Shown here in pieces: positions 1 through 13,400 of a stretch of DNA of 64,000 nt (position 1 is the stretch's first letter; the number at the start of each line of letters is the position of its first letter). The stretch covers positions 336,040,001 through 336,104,000 of the forward strand of contig OZ024743.1 of NCBI GenBank assembly GCA_964016885.1, given 5' to 3'. The translations under genes were made by a program, and so were the position numbers. The notes under the pieces were generated by a model, which did no database searches, was not told the origin of the DNA, and was given only the letters and a program-made list of their open reading frames with translations. This DNA comes from Eledone cirrhosa. Its lineage: Eukaryota.

Positions 1-1347
1 AACTTTATGCACATCCCGATAATGTCCGGGTGGCGTGAACAGATACCCCCTCTGCATCTTTGTCATGTATAGATTCCTTTTTCCAGTATTTTATTTTATG
101 TACGTACACGTATTTATATATGTGCCCCACATGTTATCTGCGATTAGTGCATGGCTACTACGTAGCTATTGCATTTATGCATATTGTGCATGCACTTTCA
201 GTCATATAACGCCACATGAATGGGTTGGGTCCAAGCCTCAAGAATGTTGTCTCATATAATATTTTATGCGCCATGTGCACAGTTGTGTGTGTGTGTGGAT
301 GTGTAGGTATTCATCAAGTATGTGCTTTTTTGAGATGTATAAGCATGCCCTTGCGCGGGTACATGTATATATGTGTGTGCACGCACATATGCATACATGC
401 ATGTGCATGCATGTCTGGGTGGATGTATTTGTATGAACATGTCTGTGTCAGTGTATGCATGTGTATGTGTAGATCTTCCATTTTTCATCTGTATATATGT
501 GCAGCGTCTTAACTATATATGCTTCCCTGAGTACCGTGTGTGTGAGTGTAGATATGTGTATATTTATCAAAAATACCTTTGAAATAACGTTTTTGAAAAG
601 CTATTTCAAGTATTCTTTTAAAAACGTTCTTTTTATAGTTTTTTTTAAAGTGTGTTTTGTAAGGTATTTTGAAGGTGTGTTTTTCTGAAACGTTCTTTTA
701 AAAGTTTTTCCATTTTTATTTTTGTAAGTACTCGCTGTACATTCAATATTTACTGTGATTGTCGCATATAATACAGTTGCGGGTGAGGTATGTGATCACT
801 GTAGGTGTATAAGTGCCCATATGTATCACGCTTGCGCGAAACATGGACATGGGTAAGGGCGCCTACAGGTTGAGAGGGCTGCGACAGGGCGCGAGCGGTT
901 CAATCATACAACCCCTACCTCCTACAGTAGTAATTCCGATTTAAGAAACAACTTTGATTGGCAGGTGGCAAATGAAAGGAACAAAATATAGGACGGCCAT
1001 GAGTAGCCAAAGATACCGATGACGTGTACAATTCTTGACCACTCATCGAATGACAACAGGATCTAAGCTACCCAGTGAAGGCCGCGGGTTTAACTTGACA
1101 TTTGGAAATTCTGCTTCGTAGAATCGAGAGGTATCTGAGGACATTGCGATTTCAGAGTCAGGTTCGACCATTACATCGATCGTGCCTCGAGCTGGTGACC
1201 AGAGAAACAATCGTAATATGCCTAATAAATGTTATTCGTCGCAACACTGATTCTCCGTTTCTTATGTGATATCATACTCTGCTCTGTAAGAGCGTTGAGT
1301 GCTGAAACGGTCTATCGCATACTGACGCTTTAAGCATCCCATACCAA

Positions 1348-1371
1348 TTATATATATATATATATATATAT

Positions 1372-1439
<68 letters not shown>

Positions 1440-1552
1440 TTAGAGATACATAGATATAGTCATGTATATATGCATATATATATAAAGACACACACATATA
1501 TATATATAACATATATGCGCATATATATACATAAGTATATATATATATATAT
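1348..1552. repeat. (TA)n/(GA)n compound microsatellite
   Basis: Direct dinucleotide runs. Confidence 0.95.
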
Positions 1553-1779
1553 AAATAATAACAGCCAGATAACAACAACAGCCAGATAACGACAATTTCA
1601 CCACCACCACCACCAATCGCAGCATAATAATAATAATTACTATTATTATTGTCTCAAGTTTTAACAAACTGTTTAATAACAAAATGTTTAATTCCAATAT
1701 CAAGGAAATATGTCAACACATATACGCGTCTAACCCCATAGATTCTCCGATCAAACAAAAATACAGTCTATTTAATAAA

Positions 1780-2295
1780 ACTCAGTAACGACAACGCCAT
1801 CACTACAGTCACCGCCGCCGCCGCCCATCCATCATTACTACCACTATCCCATCACCGCCGCCACCACTCCTTCATTGCTACCACCGATATCCCCCCATTA
1901 CCTTCTGTTAACTTACGAAAGGGGAACATGGCGGTATCACTAGACAATATTAATAAACAATATTAATATTTAATTTTGGATCAGGAATGTTAGAGTCGAA
2001 AAGGGGGAAAATGACAAAATAACTAAAGATAATTTCACCGCCAACACCACCACCACTACCACGATGAAAACTCTGGTCAAGTCGACTCAAATTTCTACTC
2101 CAACTTCAACACCATCACTACAGTACTACGATCAAATCACCACCACCACTGCCTCATTATCGCTACCGCCGCTATTCTCTCCCACTACCTCCTGCTAGTT
2201 GCTGTTAGCACAGCACCGCTACCACCACCACCACCACCACCACCACTGCCTCATTATCACTACCGCCGCTATTCTCTACCGCTACCCCCTGCTAC
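1780..2295 (+). repeat. (CCA/CCG)-rich low-complexity region with ~55-bp internal duplication (about 2140-2197 and 2238-2294)
   Basis: ccaccactgcctcattatc(g/a)ctaccgccgctattctct occurs twice. Confidence 0.7.
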
Positions 2296-2655
2296 ATTGT
2301 AGAATCCACACTAAAAGAGGAAGGCATCAACATATATAAATAGACTGAATTGATGACCCGGTCAAAATCAAAAAAACAAAAATCAAAATCAAAGCAGCAC
2401 AGCAACAACGAAAAACGTAAAGAAAATAAGAATGAAGAGAAAAACAAACAGACGGACAGAGAAGGGAAGGGAAAAACTAAGTCAGACATTCAAACACTAC
2501 ATTACAATGAAACTTATGCTTATTCATTTTTGGATGTTTTTTTTTTGCCTGTTTGTTTGTTTATTTATGTCCGTCTACAACGTGATAATGCCACACAAAA
2601 ATCACGTGGAGTGACGAAACCACCGGAGATGATAAATTTACCGGTGGTTATGTAA

Positions 2656-5600
2656 CCATACATTCACCAATCCTCGATAAGAGTGTTTAAATGTCGAACC
2701 TAAACAGTTCGAATAACGGTTAAATGGAGACTAGAATGTCATGTGACAGACTCTCACCCAACAGGTGCTCCCTGGCTCAGCAGCAGGGACCTGGCTGTCA
2801 ACAAAATACTGCTGGTGTCGAAGGAAGAAGAAGAAGAAAAGGGACCAGAACCAACTGGACGAAAGAATTGAATAGAACTGTTATGCAATGTTACCTGAAA
2901 AGTAACCCCAAGGAGAGGGGCTACAGGAGACGGATGCATAACATCTGGAACGAGATTGGTCTATTTAAATTAGATGAACAAAAATTGGCCGGGCAGGCTC
3001 GGGTAATAAGAACTAATGGGTGGATAAGCGAGCTGGAACTGGAGGAACTGAGCAGAGAGAATGGCTTGGAGATGGCGGGTGTAGTATGCCAGACAAGCGA
3101 GCCAGTGGGAAATGAAGGTGAAGAGGTCCTGAGAATGGAGGAACCACCCGAAGCAGACAATGATCTGAATACTGAGATAAATAATACCTGGAACAAAGAT
3201 ACGGCCCTTGACGAGATGAATGCTGACGGGCTAGGACAAGATTTGGTTGATATCCTTATCTTAGTGGTAGATGAAATGAACAATGATAGTGGGAAACCTA
3301 TGAACCTAAGATTTGTAGACAGGAAAAAGTTAAAAGAAACAACAGCTAAGGTAAACAAAGTCATCCCATACCTTGAGGCGAGGAGCCTTCACCAGTGCAA
3401 CAATATCCTCAAAGTAAGAGCAAATGCGGTGAGGAAATTACTTGGCATAAAAGCGAGAGGAAACAACAAACAAGAAAGATCAGAACCTTGGTGGAAGAAA
3501 CGACTGAATGGTCAAAACAGGGAAATGAGAAATGACATTGGAAAGCTTGAGTCCCTACTGAATGGGACACTAAAAAACATAGACACTAAAAATAGACTGG
3601 AAATAAAGTACAAAACTAGGAGGAAAAAGCTAAATATTATCATAGAGGAACGGAATGAATGCATTGTAGCAAATAGTGCAAAAATTAGGCGATACGAGAG
3701 CAGAGTCAGTCAGTATAGACAGAACAGAATGTTCGACAACAACCAGAAGATGCTGTTTGGACAGCTTGAAGGGAAAGAAAGAGGCAACGACTTGATCCCT
3801 GAGGCGGAACAAACTAAAACATTCTGGAGAGGAATATGGGAGCAGGATGTTAAACATAATGACCAGGCAGTGTGGATTGAGACAGTACAGAAGGAGATTA
3901 GTGAACAGGCACACCAACAAACTGATTTGAGTATCACAGTTGAAACTCTTAAGGGGCAGGCCAAAAAACTAACCAACTGGAAATCACCAGGCCCAGATGG
4001 TGTGCAGGGGTATTGGATTAAAAATATAACATCCTCTACCCAAAACTGACAACCATGTTCAATGACTGCTTGATGTCAGGTGAGGTACCAGAGTGGTTGA
4101 CAAAGGGTACCACAGTTCTGATAATGAAAGACCGAATCAAGGGTAATGATGTTACCAACTATAGACCTATCACATGTCTGTCCGTAATGTGGAAACTATT
4201 GACAAGCATTATGTATGAGGAAATCTACCATCACCTCCACACAAACAACTTGTTACCGGACGAACAGAAATGATGCCGAAAGAAGTCACGTGGTACAAAG
4301 GACCAGTTACTTATTGATAAGATGGTAATGAGGAATTGCAAGAGGAGACACACTGGTCTTGCCATGGGATACATAGACTACAAAAAGGCATTTGACATGG
4401 TGCCTCATTCTTGGATCACTAAAAGCCTAGAGATCTTCAAGGTGGCAGATAACATCAGACAGTTGTTGGGCAAAAGTATGAAGTCCTGGGAAACAGAGTT
4501 AACATCAACTGGAGAATCCTTGGAAAGCGTGAAGATCAAGAGAGGTATCTTCCAGGGAGATAGTCTCTCCCCTCTGTTGTTTGTCCTTGCCCTGATGCCC
4601 CTGACCAGTGTACTGCGAAAAGTGAGAGCAGGATACAGGTTGGGAAAGGGATGGCTTACCATCAATCACCTCCTCTTCATGGACGATCTTAAGCTCTTCG
4701 GAAAGAGTGAGAAGGAGTTGGATGTGCTTGTTGACACTGTCCGTATTTTCAGCAATGATATATGTATGCAATTTGGTATTAGTAAGTGTGGAGTCATTGT
4801 GATGAAGAGGGGTAAATTGAGCAGAAGTAACGGAATCCAGGTACCAAGGGTTGAGATGATAAAGGAGATTGACTCTGAAGAAGGATACAAGTATTTGGGT
4901 ATTCTGGAGGCAGATGACATCAAGAACAAAAAAAATGAAGGAATTTATAAGAACTGAATACATTCGGAGAGTAAGGAGCGTATTAAAGTCACATCTGAAC
5001 AGTAGGAATGCCATAAGTACAGTAAATTCCCGAGCTCTGTCTATTATTAGGTACAGTGCGGGAATTCTGAGATGGAATGTTGCTGAACAAAAAGAAATGG
5101 ATAGGAAGACTAGGAAGCTATTGACTATCTACAACATGTTCCACAAGAGGAGTGATGTCGATAGACTCTACTTAAGGAGATCTGAAGGTGGAAGAGGTCT
5201 TATCAGCATAGAGGACTGTGTTCAGATGGAGAAAAACAACCTACACAAATACGTGACTGATAGTAAGGAGCCAATGCTCAGAACTGTACTGAAGGAGGGG
5301 ACAATAGACTAGGGGATGTCCAAGGAGGAAATAACATCAAGGAGAAAGAGTAGCCTTCATGAAAAATCCCTTCATAGTACCTTCTTTGAGAAAACTGAAT
5401 TTAGAGATCCACAGACATGGAACTGGTTGAAAAGAGGAGACCTTAAAAAGGCTACAGAAGGAATATTAATGGCTGCGCAGGAGCAGGCCCTCAAAACGAA
5501 GTGGTTGAAACATCATATTTACAAGGAGGAGGCTAGCCCACTGTGCAGGATCTGTGGAGAGAGAGAGGAGACTGTGGCTCACATTGTATGCGAGTGTAAA

Positions 5601-5660
5601 CACCTAGCCCAGACTCACTATAAGGGCTGGAGACATGATGTGATGGGCAGGGTGATCCAT
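2656..5660 (+). mobile_element. R4/Dong-type (RLE) non-LTR retrotransposon, disrupted, 3'-truncated before the endonuclease
   Basis: ORF pieces 2724-5663 contain [65 protein letters not shown] and the zinc knuckle CRICGEREETVAHIVCEC followed by RHD. Stops or frameshifts near 4047, 4271, 4930, 5310. Confidence 0.92.
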
Positions 5661-5842
5661 TGAGTGCTTAGCTGCACACTCCGACTGCATTCGTTAGCTT
5701 GGCTGCAACCAGAGCTTCGGTGATACTGTACAAAATTTTGTGTATATATATATACACACACAAAATTTAGTACAGCATCACCGAAGCTCTGGTTGCAGCC
5801 AAGCTAACGAATGCAGTCGGAGTGTGCAGCTAAGCACGCAAT
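5659..5842. repeat. ~90-bp inverted repeat (fold-back) centred on a short (TA)/(CA) tract
   Basis: gtgcttagctgcacactccgactgcattcgttagc is mirrored by gctaacgaatgcagtcggagtgtgcagctaagcac. Confidence 0.95.
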
Positions 5843-5967
5843 AAGATATATTACCTTAGAGTTATAACATTACGTTTAGACAGCTTTGCAAATTGAAGAC
5901 AGCGACCGATAGACGGGCCGCAGTGACCAAAGCGACGAAAAAAACTGAACTTAGGATAAAATATGAG

Positions 5968-6142
5968 AAACCTGGACCATCGCATCGATACCATACACAA
6001 CATATAATATATATCAAATATAATATATAATATCTCCGCTAGGTTTCTGTAAATCCGTAATCGACAAAATCCACTTGCAGGGGTCTGCAAGTTAATGGTT
6101 TTTGGAAGATAGAACAGAGGAATTTACTTCGTCAACAAGTTT
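5968..6142 (-). ncRNA. Type I hammerhead-like motif with extended stems II and III (core UUGACGA)
   Basis: Minus strand: aaacttg TTGACGA agtaaattc...ggatttaca GAAA cc...gg TC caggttt. Stem I 7 bp, stem II 8 bp, GUC triplet. Confidence 0.6.
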
Positions 6143-6256
6143 TTCGTTCTCGTCCGCCCGGGTGAGAATAATAGCAGTAAACACTGGTAGAAGGCACATG
6201 GTTTTCCCGAAGGGAGGTAACCCCCGGTTTTGGCACATATACATACATGTACATGT

Positions 6257-6540
<284 letters not shown>

Positions 6541-6743
6541 TTAAGGATACTATTTATGGTTATGCATATACAAAAACATTTTGTAGTTATATATACTTTT
6601 ACAAACCCTAAATAGTGATAGGCAGTAATATATTACTACCTTATTACCAGTAAGTTAAATAGCTCAATGTAATAACATCAGTTGTTTTACAGAGCAGTTA
6701 TATATAAGTTATAAGAATCAAAGTTCTGTTCAAATCATTTATA

Positions 6744-6790
6744 TGCTTACAATTGTTCCCTCCAAACCGAGGTTTGGATTTTTCGGAGCA
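6744..6790 (-). ncRNA. Degenerate hammerhead motif (inverted copy of 8398-8444)
   Basis: tgct CCGAAAA atccaaacctcggtttggag GGAA caattg TA agca; core substitutions. Confidence 0.45.
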
Positions 6791-8397
6791 CTTTATTAAT
6801 CAATGATCACATATCTGACCCCCTTTTCAACCCAAGAGACATACAGATACATATGCAAATATTGTTGCTTGGTTGTTCGACATCCATTATAACATTTAGC
6901 GTGGCAGTATACATTTAAAGATTACATTTATATCAAAAGAGGATAAAATTAAAAATTAAAGTTAAAATACAACATAAAATTAATGCGATAGGATAGTCAG
7001 AAGCAGTTAGTGTGTGCAATAGTTACACGTGTGGCAAGCACGTGTGTCTTATTTATATAATACTATAGTGCGGCAGGGTGTTACATGTAATACAAGCACT
7101 TAAGCGGGTAATCAAGAGTATTAAGGGGGTTGAACTGGTAATGTATCTTTTATATGAATGTTATAGAAGCTTGTGTGTAGAGAAATATTATAAATATTAT
7201 AAATATTAGAAATGTGTAGCAAAGCGATGATATGGTTTTCGGTTACAGCACCATTTTCACAGTCCGGAGAGCGTAATATCTAGATTATATGCCCCTCACA
7301 TAATCCACGACGATTCAATATTGGACGTTTGAGGATTCTGTTAGAGTACCATAGTTTGTTGGTCTTTAGTCCAATATAGCAGGTTGTTTAAGTTGCGAGA
7401 ATCAACATCGTATTATTTTCCGGAAGTGTGTGTGTGACTAAGGGGAGTTAATGCGTGAGGGTAGGTAACTCACTGATTTCTATAACTAAATATACATTAA
7501 ATGGTGTCTCAAAAGAGTCCCTATCTTATATGGTTATATACAGTTTCTAAATATTTAAAGTGTCCTATCTATAATATAGTCTATCAAGAAGTATTAAAGG
7601 TGTTCATATTAGGGTGATTATCCTCCATTATAGAGTGCCACAATTGAATATTTCACACGAAGAGCCAGATCTCCAAATCAATGATCATTGTAATTGTAGT
7701 CTACTCGTAGAACCTGGCAGGGTTATTATAGAATCACTTCTATATATAATAATTTCTGGTAAGCTCTGGGTCAGTGCATGTCAGATTGGGTGTCAAAGTT
7801 AACTATCACTAGGGTAGACCAGAGGTCAATCCTCACTTACCATGTCACTAATCCGACCATCAATTCATACATATATGTACAACTCATACGCCACTTGCAT
7901 TTCATTCACTGCACTCAGCATATAGGTTATATAGCTCATCAATATTACTAAATTAATTAGTCTTCCACTTATCCAACGATGGCACTCCATCCACAGAACA
8001 CCAACAGTACAATCAATTCAATGTTTAAATTTTACATTAATTATATAGTGGTGTAATGTAGATCAAGCAATTGAAGGCAGTCACACCGAAAGTAGATGTA
8101 CAAAGGGGTATTCCTACTATAAATGGTTCTAGAGGGATGTCACTATTTGTGTTATATTGGATCATTGAATATTTCACACGAAGAGCCAGATCTCCAAATC
8201 AATGATCATTGTAATTGTAGTCTACTCGTAGAACCTGGTAGGGTTATATAGAATCACTTCTATATATAATAATTCCTGGTAAGCTCTGGGTCAGTGTATA
8301 ATAGATGTCGACCCACCAAGCAAAAATATTTGCATATGTATCTGTATGTCTCTTGGGTTGAAACGGAGGTCATATATGTGATCATTCATTAATAAAT

Positions 8398-8444
8398 TGC
8401 TCCGAAGAATCCAAACCTCGGTTTGGAGGAAACAATTGTAAGCA
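8398..8444 (+). ncRNA. Minimal type I hammerhead motif, U4C core change
   Basis: tgct CCGAAGA atccaaacc tc ggtttggag GAAA caattg TA agca. Confidence 0.65.
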
Positions 8445-8485
8445 TATAAATGATTTTGAACAGAACTTTGATTCTTATAACTTAT

Positions 8486-8590
<105 letters not shown>

Positions 8591-8613
8591 TGTGTGTATA
8601 TATATATATATTT

Positions 8614-8672
<59 letters not shown>

Positions 8673-8677
8673 TATAA

Positions 8678-11230
8678 AACTTTTATACTCTTCTATGTAT
8701 TGAGTACCTTACTTACTGTGGTTACCTCCGATTCAAACCGAAATAACGTACCTTTTAGCACCCTCTGTGCCTTTTATAACGATCACCAAGAAACTATGCT
8801 GACCAAACTCGACCTTGATGTCTCCATGAAGAACATCCCCATCTCTCCAAGGAAACTTTACTTAAAAACACTCATCAGACGTACCAACGAGTTCATCAAG
8901 CGAATTAGATGGATAGCCTTCTTCCTTGACAACCCTGATGTAACGTCTACCAATGATGAGAAGTTCACCTTCAAAATGAATAAGGCACCACCCACCAACA
9001 GCTTACTTTAACCATTTGAAGAAGACCTCTTCAAGATGATCAAAGATATCAAATTCCGTAGAGCCACCACACCATTCCAGGCTTACATAAATACTGAATT
9101 GCGGAACATAAAAAATCCCCTAATCTTCATGTCTCCTCCGATAAAACCAAAAACGTTTATGAGATAGACCCACAGACCTACAATAAGCTGGCAAAAGATG
9201 TCATCACGACCACCTACAAAAAGGTAATAGAGATGGCATTGACTGAGACAAACGCGGCCGGAAGAGAAATCGCCAAGTCCCTTAAATTACATGACCGAAC
9301 CGAACCTTTAAGGGTAAAGACCCCCCACTTTACCCTGAAGGACCATAAGGGAAACTTCCTCAACAAACCATCAGTCAGACTTATCAACCCCACTCGTTCA
9401 GTCATCGGCTCTATCAGTAAGAACATCCTAGATAGAGTTCTACCATCATTGCGGGTTGCCTCACCACTCCCACTCTGGAGCAGAAAATCTGAGGCAATAT
9501 CCTGGTTCCGAGATTTACCCGTCAAACGCCACATTCGCTTCCTGCAACTCAACATGGAAAACTACTATGCTTCTATCTCGGAGCCCCTCCTGAAGGACGC
9601 AATTACCTTTGCCAGGAACTTTACCACTATTACCGATGCTGAGCAAGTTGTTATCCTCCACGCCCGTAAGACCTTTCTATACCACGATGGATCTTATTGG
9701 ATCAACAAGAAATCTCAGACCCCATTTGACGTCAGCATGGGAGCGAGTGACTGGGCTAAAATTAGCGACCTTGTGGGCTTGTACATTTTACATCACCTGA
9801 AGAACCTCTTTACTGGCCTAATCGGTGGTTTATACCGAGACGACGGCCCGTTCGCCCTGCACAAGGTTAACCCCAGAACCACCGATGGGTTTCGGAGAAA
9901 TTTAAGCTCGTTCTTCTCTAATCTAGGATTTAGTATAACTATAGAATCTAATATGACTAGGGCTAACTTCTTAGATGTCACTCTCGTCCTAGATACTTCC
10001 CTCTATTACCCGTACCACAAACCTAACGAGTCCCTTAGATATATTAATGTTAATTCTAACCACCCCAAAACATCACTGATAACTTAGTAAAAAGCGTCTC
10101 TATTAGAATCTCTGGCCTCTCTGCCAATGAAGATATGTTTAACGCCTCTGCCTCCTACTACAATGACGCCCTCGCCCGCAGTGGATTTAAAGAAAAGATA
10201 ACCTACCTAGAGACCACCGTAAGACTGCAGAGGAGGAATAGGCATAGGCAGATTAGCTGGTACAACCATCCCTTCAACAGAGAGGTCTCTACTCCTATAG
10301 CTAGGATTTTCTTCACTTTGCTGAAAACACACTTCCCCATACAACATAGGTACTACACCATCTTTAATAAGAACACAATAAGACTCTCCTACTCCACCAC
10401 ACATAACCTAGCTAGGAATATAGCCAATCACAATTCTAAAAAATTAAATAAGCCAACCACCTCCGAACCCAATCCCCGGACTTGGGCCTTGTGTAATTGC
10501 CTCAATAAGGAAGCCTGCCCACTTGAAAACAAATGCCTGACAAATGATATCGTATACAAATGCGATGTCAGCTCAGGCACCAATGATTGCAAAAACAAAA
10601 AGACTTACATCGGCATGACTTCCAATAACTTTAAGACCCGTTGGTATGCCCATACCTACTCCTTCAGAAGACCGGACAAATCAAACCAGACAACACTCTC
10701 CTCCTATGTTTGGAACCTCAAAAGGAACTCCACCCGCTTCACGCTTAAATGGAAAATACTCCAGAAAGCGCGCTCTTACAACGCAGGACACAAGGGTTGC
10801 GACCTTTGTATCTCAGAGAGCTACGAATTTTATTCGCCAAGGGCCCGCTACTGAACAAACTCTCTGAACACTGCCCGAACTGCATGTACAAGAACTTTGT
10901 AACTTTCAAATACCTTAAGCCAGTGTTAATGCCCGATGGCTAAAAACGACTTCCCCTTTTAGCCTCTCTACCTCCTTCCCACCCTACCCCCACCCCTCCT
11001 CAACCTGAAATACGGCCACTATGGTTATGTGAGTACCTCTTACCTATCTGCATGCTCTGCTTGTAGAGCTGTTTTTATGTGTCTGTGTATATGCGTATAT
11101 TTATGAGTACTTATTTGTATATATTTGTATGAGTGGCCGTTTGTTTGTATGCATATCACAGTGTGTAGGTGCGATTACTTGTCCTCTCTGTGTGTATATT
11201 TATATTTATTTGTATGTATATATGGTTATG
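8678..11230 (+). mobile_element. Penelope-like element PLE1 (RT plus C-terminal GIY-YIG), near full-length coding region with disablements
   Basis: SMKNIPI, RLINP, FDVSMGASD, GLYRDDG, NFLDVTL, PYHKPN, SNHP, CNC-x5-CPLENKCL, IVYKC...TYIGMTSNNFKTRW, CDLC. ORF about 8796-10943 is broken near 9009, 9120, 10085, 10820. Embedded in (TA)n. Confidence 0.92.
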
Positions 11231-11258
11231 TGCATGTGTGTGTGTGTGTGTGTGTGTA

Positions 11259-11357
<99 letters not shown>

Positions 11358-11434
11358 ATATATATGAATGTATATATGTATATATATGTGTGTATGTGTG
11401 TATATATGTGTGTATATGTATGTCAGTGTGTATG

Positions 11435-11471
<37 letters not shown>

Positions 11472-11576
11472 TTCAGGTTATCAATAATGTAGTGATAATA
11501 TATCGTCACGTTAGAGATAAACAGCGTACGTGTAGGTTTGCTCAACGAGTATAAATTATATTCCGGAGAAAATGAC

Positions 11577-12243
11577 GAAAAGATGAATATAAAATGAAAG
11601 TGCTTTTATAAAGGAATTTATTAGGAATTGACATATGTTTCTGTAACAGACGGAATACCTATGTATCGCTGCTTGCGTAATCATATAATGTTAGCAAGTA
11701 TTCGATAGCAAATGTATAATCAGTTGTCACTTCTTCAGAGATATTGGATACATTGGAAAAAATCAGAAAAATTGACGTATTTATATTAGTTGTAAGAAAG
11801 GAAGAGGGGAGGGGACAGTATATGACTGATGGCAATTCAATTTACTGGTAAACAAGTATCTAAAAGGTTTCTAATGAGAATACAATGAGTATATGGTTTA
11901 TTTTATCTAAATAAGAATTTTTGGGAGTGCCTATTTTAATCTATACTTGACCAATTGAACAATGGTCAAGTATAGATTAAAATAGGCACTCTGTCATATA
12001 CTGTCCCCGCTCCTCTTCCTTTCTTACAACTAATATAAATACGTCATTTTTTCTGATTTTTTCCAATGTATCCAATATCTCTGAAGAAGTGACAACTGAT
12101 TATACATTTGCTATCGAATACTTGCTAACATTATATGATTACGCAAGCAGCGATACATAGGTATTCCGTCTGTTACAGAAACATATGTCAATACCTAATA
12201 AATTCCTTTATAAAAGCACTTTCATTTTATATTCATCTTTTCT
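11577..12243. repeat. Nested inverted repeat: ~250-bp arms (11577-11826 and 11993-12243) with inner hairpin 11925-11991
   Basis: Arms are reverse complements; inner gagtgcctattttaatctatacttgacca / tggtcaagtatagattaaaataggcactc. Confidence 0.95.
12075..12193 (+). ncRNA. Hammerhead-like motif with ~90-nt stem II region, stem I decayed (mirror copy 11625-11744 on minus)
   Basis: CTGAAGA a gtgaca...tgttac a GAAA catatg TC, AATAAA just downstream; stem I pairing is poor. Confidence 0.5.
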
Positions 12244-12270
12244 ATATATATATGTATATATGTATGTATG

Positions 12271-12397
<127 letters not shown>

Positions 12398-12444
12398 GTA
12401 TATATATATGTATATATATATAGATATATATGTGTGTGTGTATG

Positions 12445-12517
<73 letters not shown>

Positions 12518-12568
12518 TTGTGTATATATATGTATGTGTATTTGTGTATATGTATGTGTGTGTGTATT

Positions 12569-12605
<37 letters not shown>

Positions 12606-12747
12606 ACTAGAAATTGATTAACATATAAATAAACATGAATAATCACAGGAGATAATTTTTACAAGTGTGTAAGCACACATAGCTAGGTAGGTAACTAAAT
12701 AAAGTTAACCAGAACTTCAAAAATAGATACCTTATAATATGATTAAT

Positions 12748-12840
12748 CTTCCCTGTATATATTCCATTAAAGAAATATATTTCACCAATTAATCGAATGG
12801 TAAACCATGGAGGCCGGTACTTGGATTTTCAACAAGGAAG
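12748..12840 (-). ncRNA. Type I hammerhead ribozyme with U3-A8 core (UUGAAAA)
   Basis: cttccttg TTGAAAA tccaa...ttggt GAAA tatatttc tttaat ggaatata TA cagggaag; stem I 8 bp, stem III 9 bp. Confidence 0.8.
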
Positions 12841-13291
12841 AAGTCCAGCGATCTATGTTTACACTTCAAGTTCAAATCAGCGACCGGCCAGCAACACGTG
12901 CTGTATCTACTAGAAATACACACATCATACCAGCTTCGTCAGTGGCGTGAATAGGGTTATCGACAACTAGAAACAGCAGTCAAATCCTTTCAACAGAGTT
13001 AGCTCTACAATTAAGGAGCCGTATTTATATATCTATATCAAAAATTAAGATAATCAAAATTATGGGTGTCATGCCAGAAAGACATGCGCCATATCACCCG
13101 CAAAATAAACTCTAAGATTCTAACGAATAGGTCCGAGCATTTTATAATAACTAGAAATTGATTAACATATAAATAAACATGGATAATCACAGGAGATAAT
13201 TTTTACAAGTGTGTAAGCACACATAGCTATGTAGGTAACTAAATAAAGTTAACCAGAACTTCAAAAATAGACACCTTATAATATGATTAAT

Positions 13292-13377
13292 CTTCCCTGC
13301 ATATATTCCATTAAAGAAATATATTTCACCAATTAATCGAATGGTAAATCATGGAGGCCGGTACTTGGATCTTCAAC
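13292..13377 (-). ncRNA. Truncated hammerhead (core UUGAAGA, cleavage nucleotide G, 5' strand of stem I lost)
   Basis: Second tandem copy, interrupted by an inversion at 13378. Confidence 0.6.
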
Positions 13378-13400
13378 TTTATTTAGTTACCTACCTAGCT

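Larger units (their letters stand above)
6703..8484. mobile_element. Rearranged non-autonomous PLE-like insertion: inverted termini (6703-6891 and 8298-8484) plus internal direct repeat (7644-7777 and 8166-8297)
   Basis: Repeats visible directly; termini carry HHR-like motifs; flanked by (TA)n. Confidence 0.6.
12601..13400 (-). mobile_element. Tandem 544-bp non-coding HHR-containing unit (about 1.4 copies), retrozyme/PLE pseudo-LTR-like
   Basis: ataactagaaattgattaacatataaataaacatg recurs at 12603 and 13147; each copy has an HHR; diverged homolog at 42920-43405. Confidence 0.75.

Noticed and set aside
1280-1337. Hammerhead-like tgct CTGTAAG agcg ttgag tgct GAAA ... TA agca
   Set aside because: Several core mismatches and unconvincing stem III; at best a very decayed motif at the end of an unidentified repeat (1-1347)
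2350-2655. Lys-rich 101-aa ORF upstream of the R4/Dong element
   Set aside because: Arises from A-rich low complexity; no domain; RLE elements typically have a single ORF
2670-2730. HHR-like motif before the R4/Dong ATG (TCGATAA, stem, GAAT)
   Set aside because: Two core deviations and no stem I
4047-5663. In-frame TGA codons in retroelement ORFs as possible selenocysteine or readthrough
   Set aside because: They sit at Gly/Trp positions or frameshifts, alongside TAA/TAG stops; no SECIS recognised; ordinary decay
7200-7420. Minus-strand TCYIGL as a GIY-YIG remnant
   Set aside because: No supporting upstream or downstream GIY-YIG residues in frame
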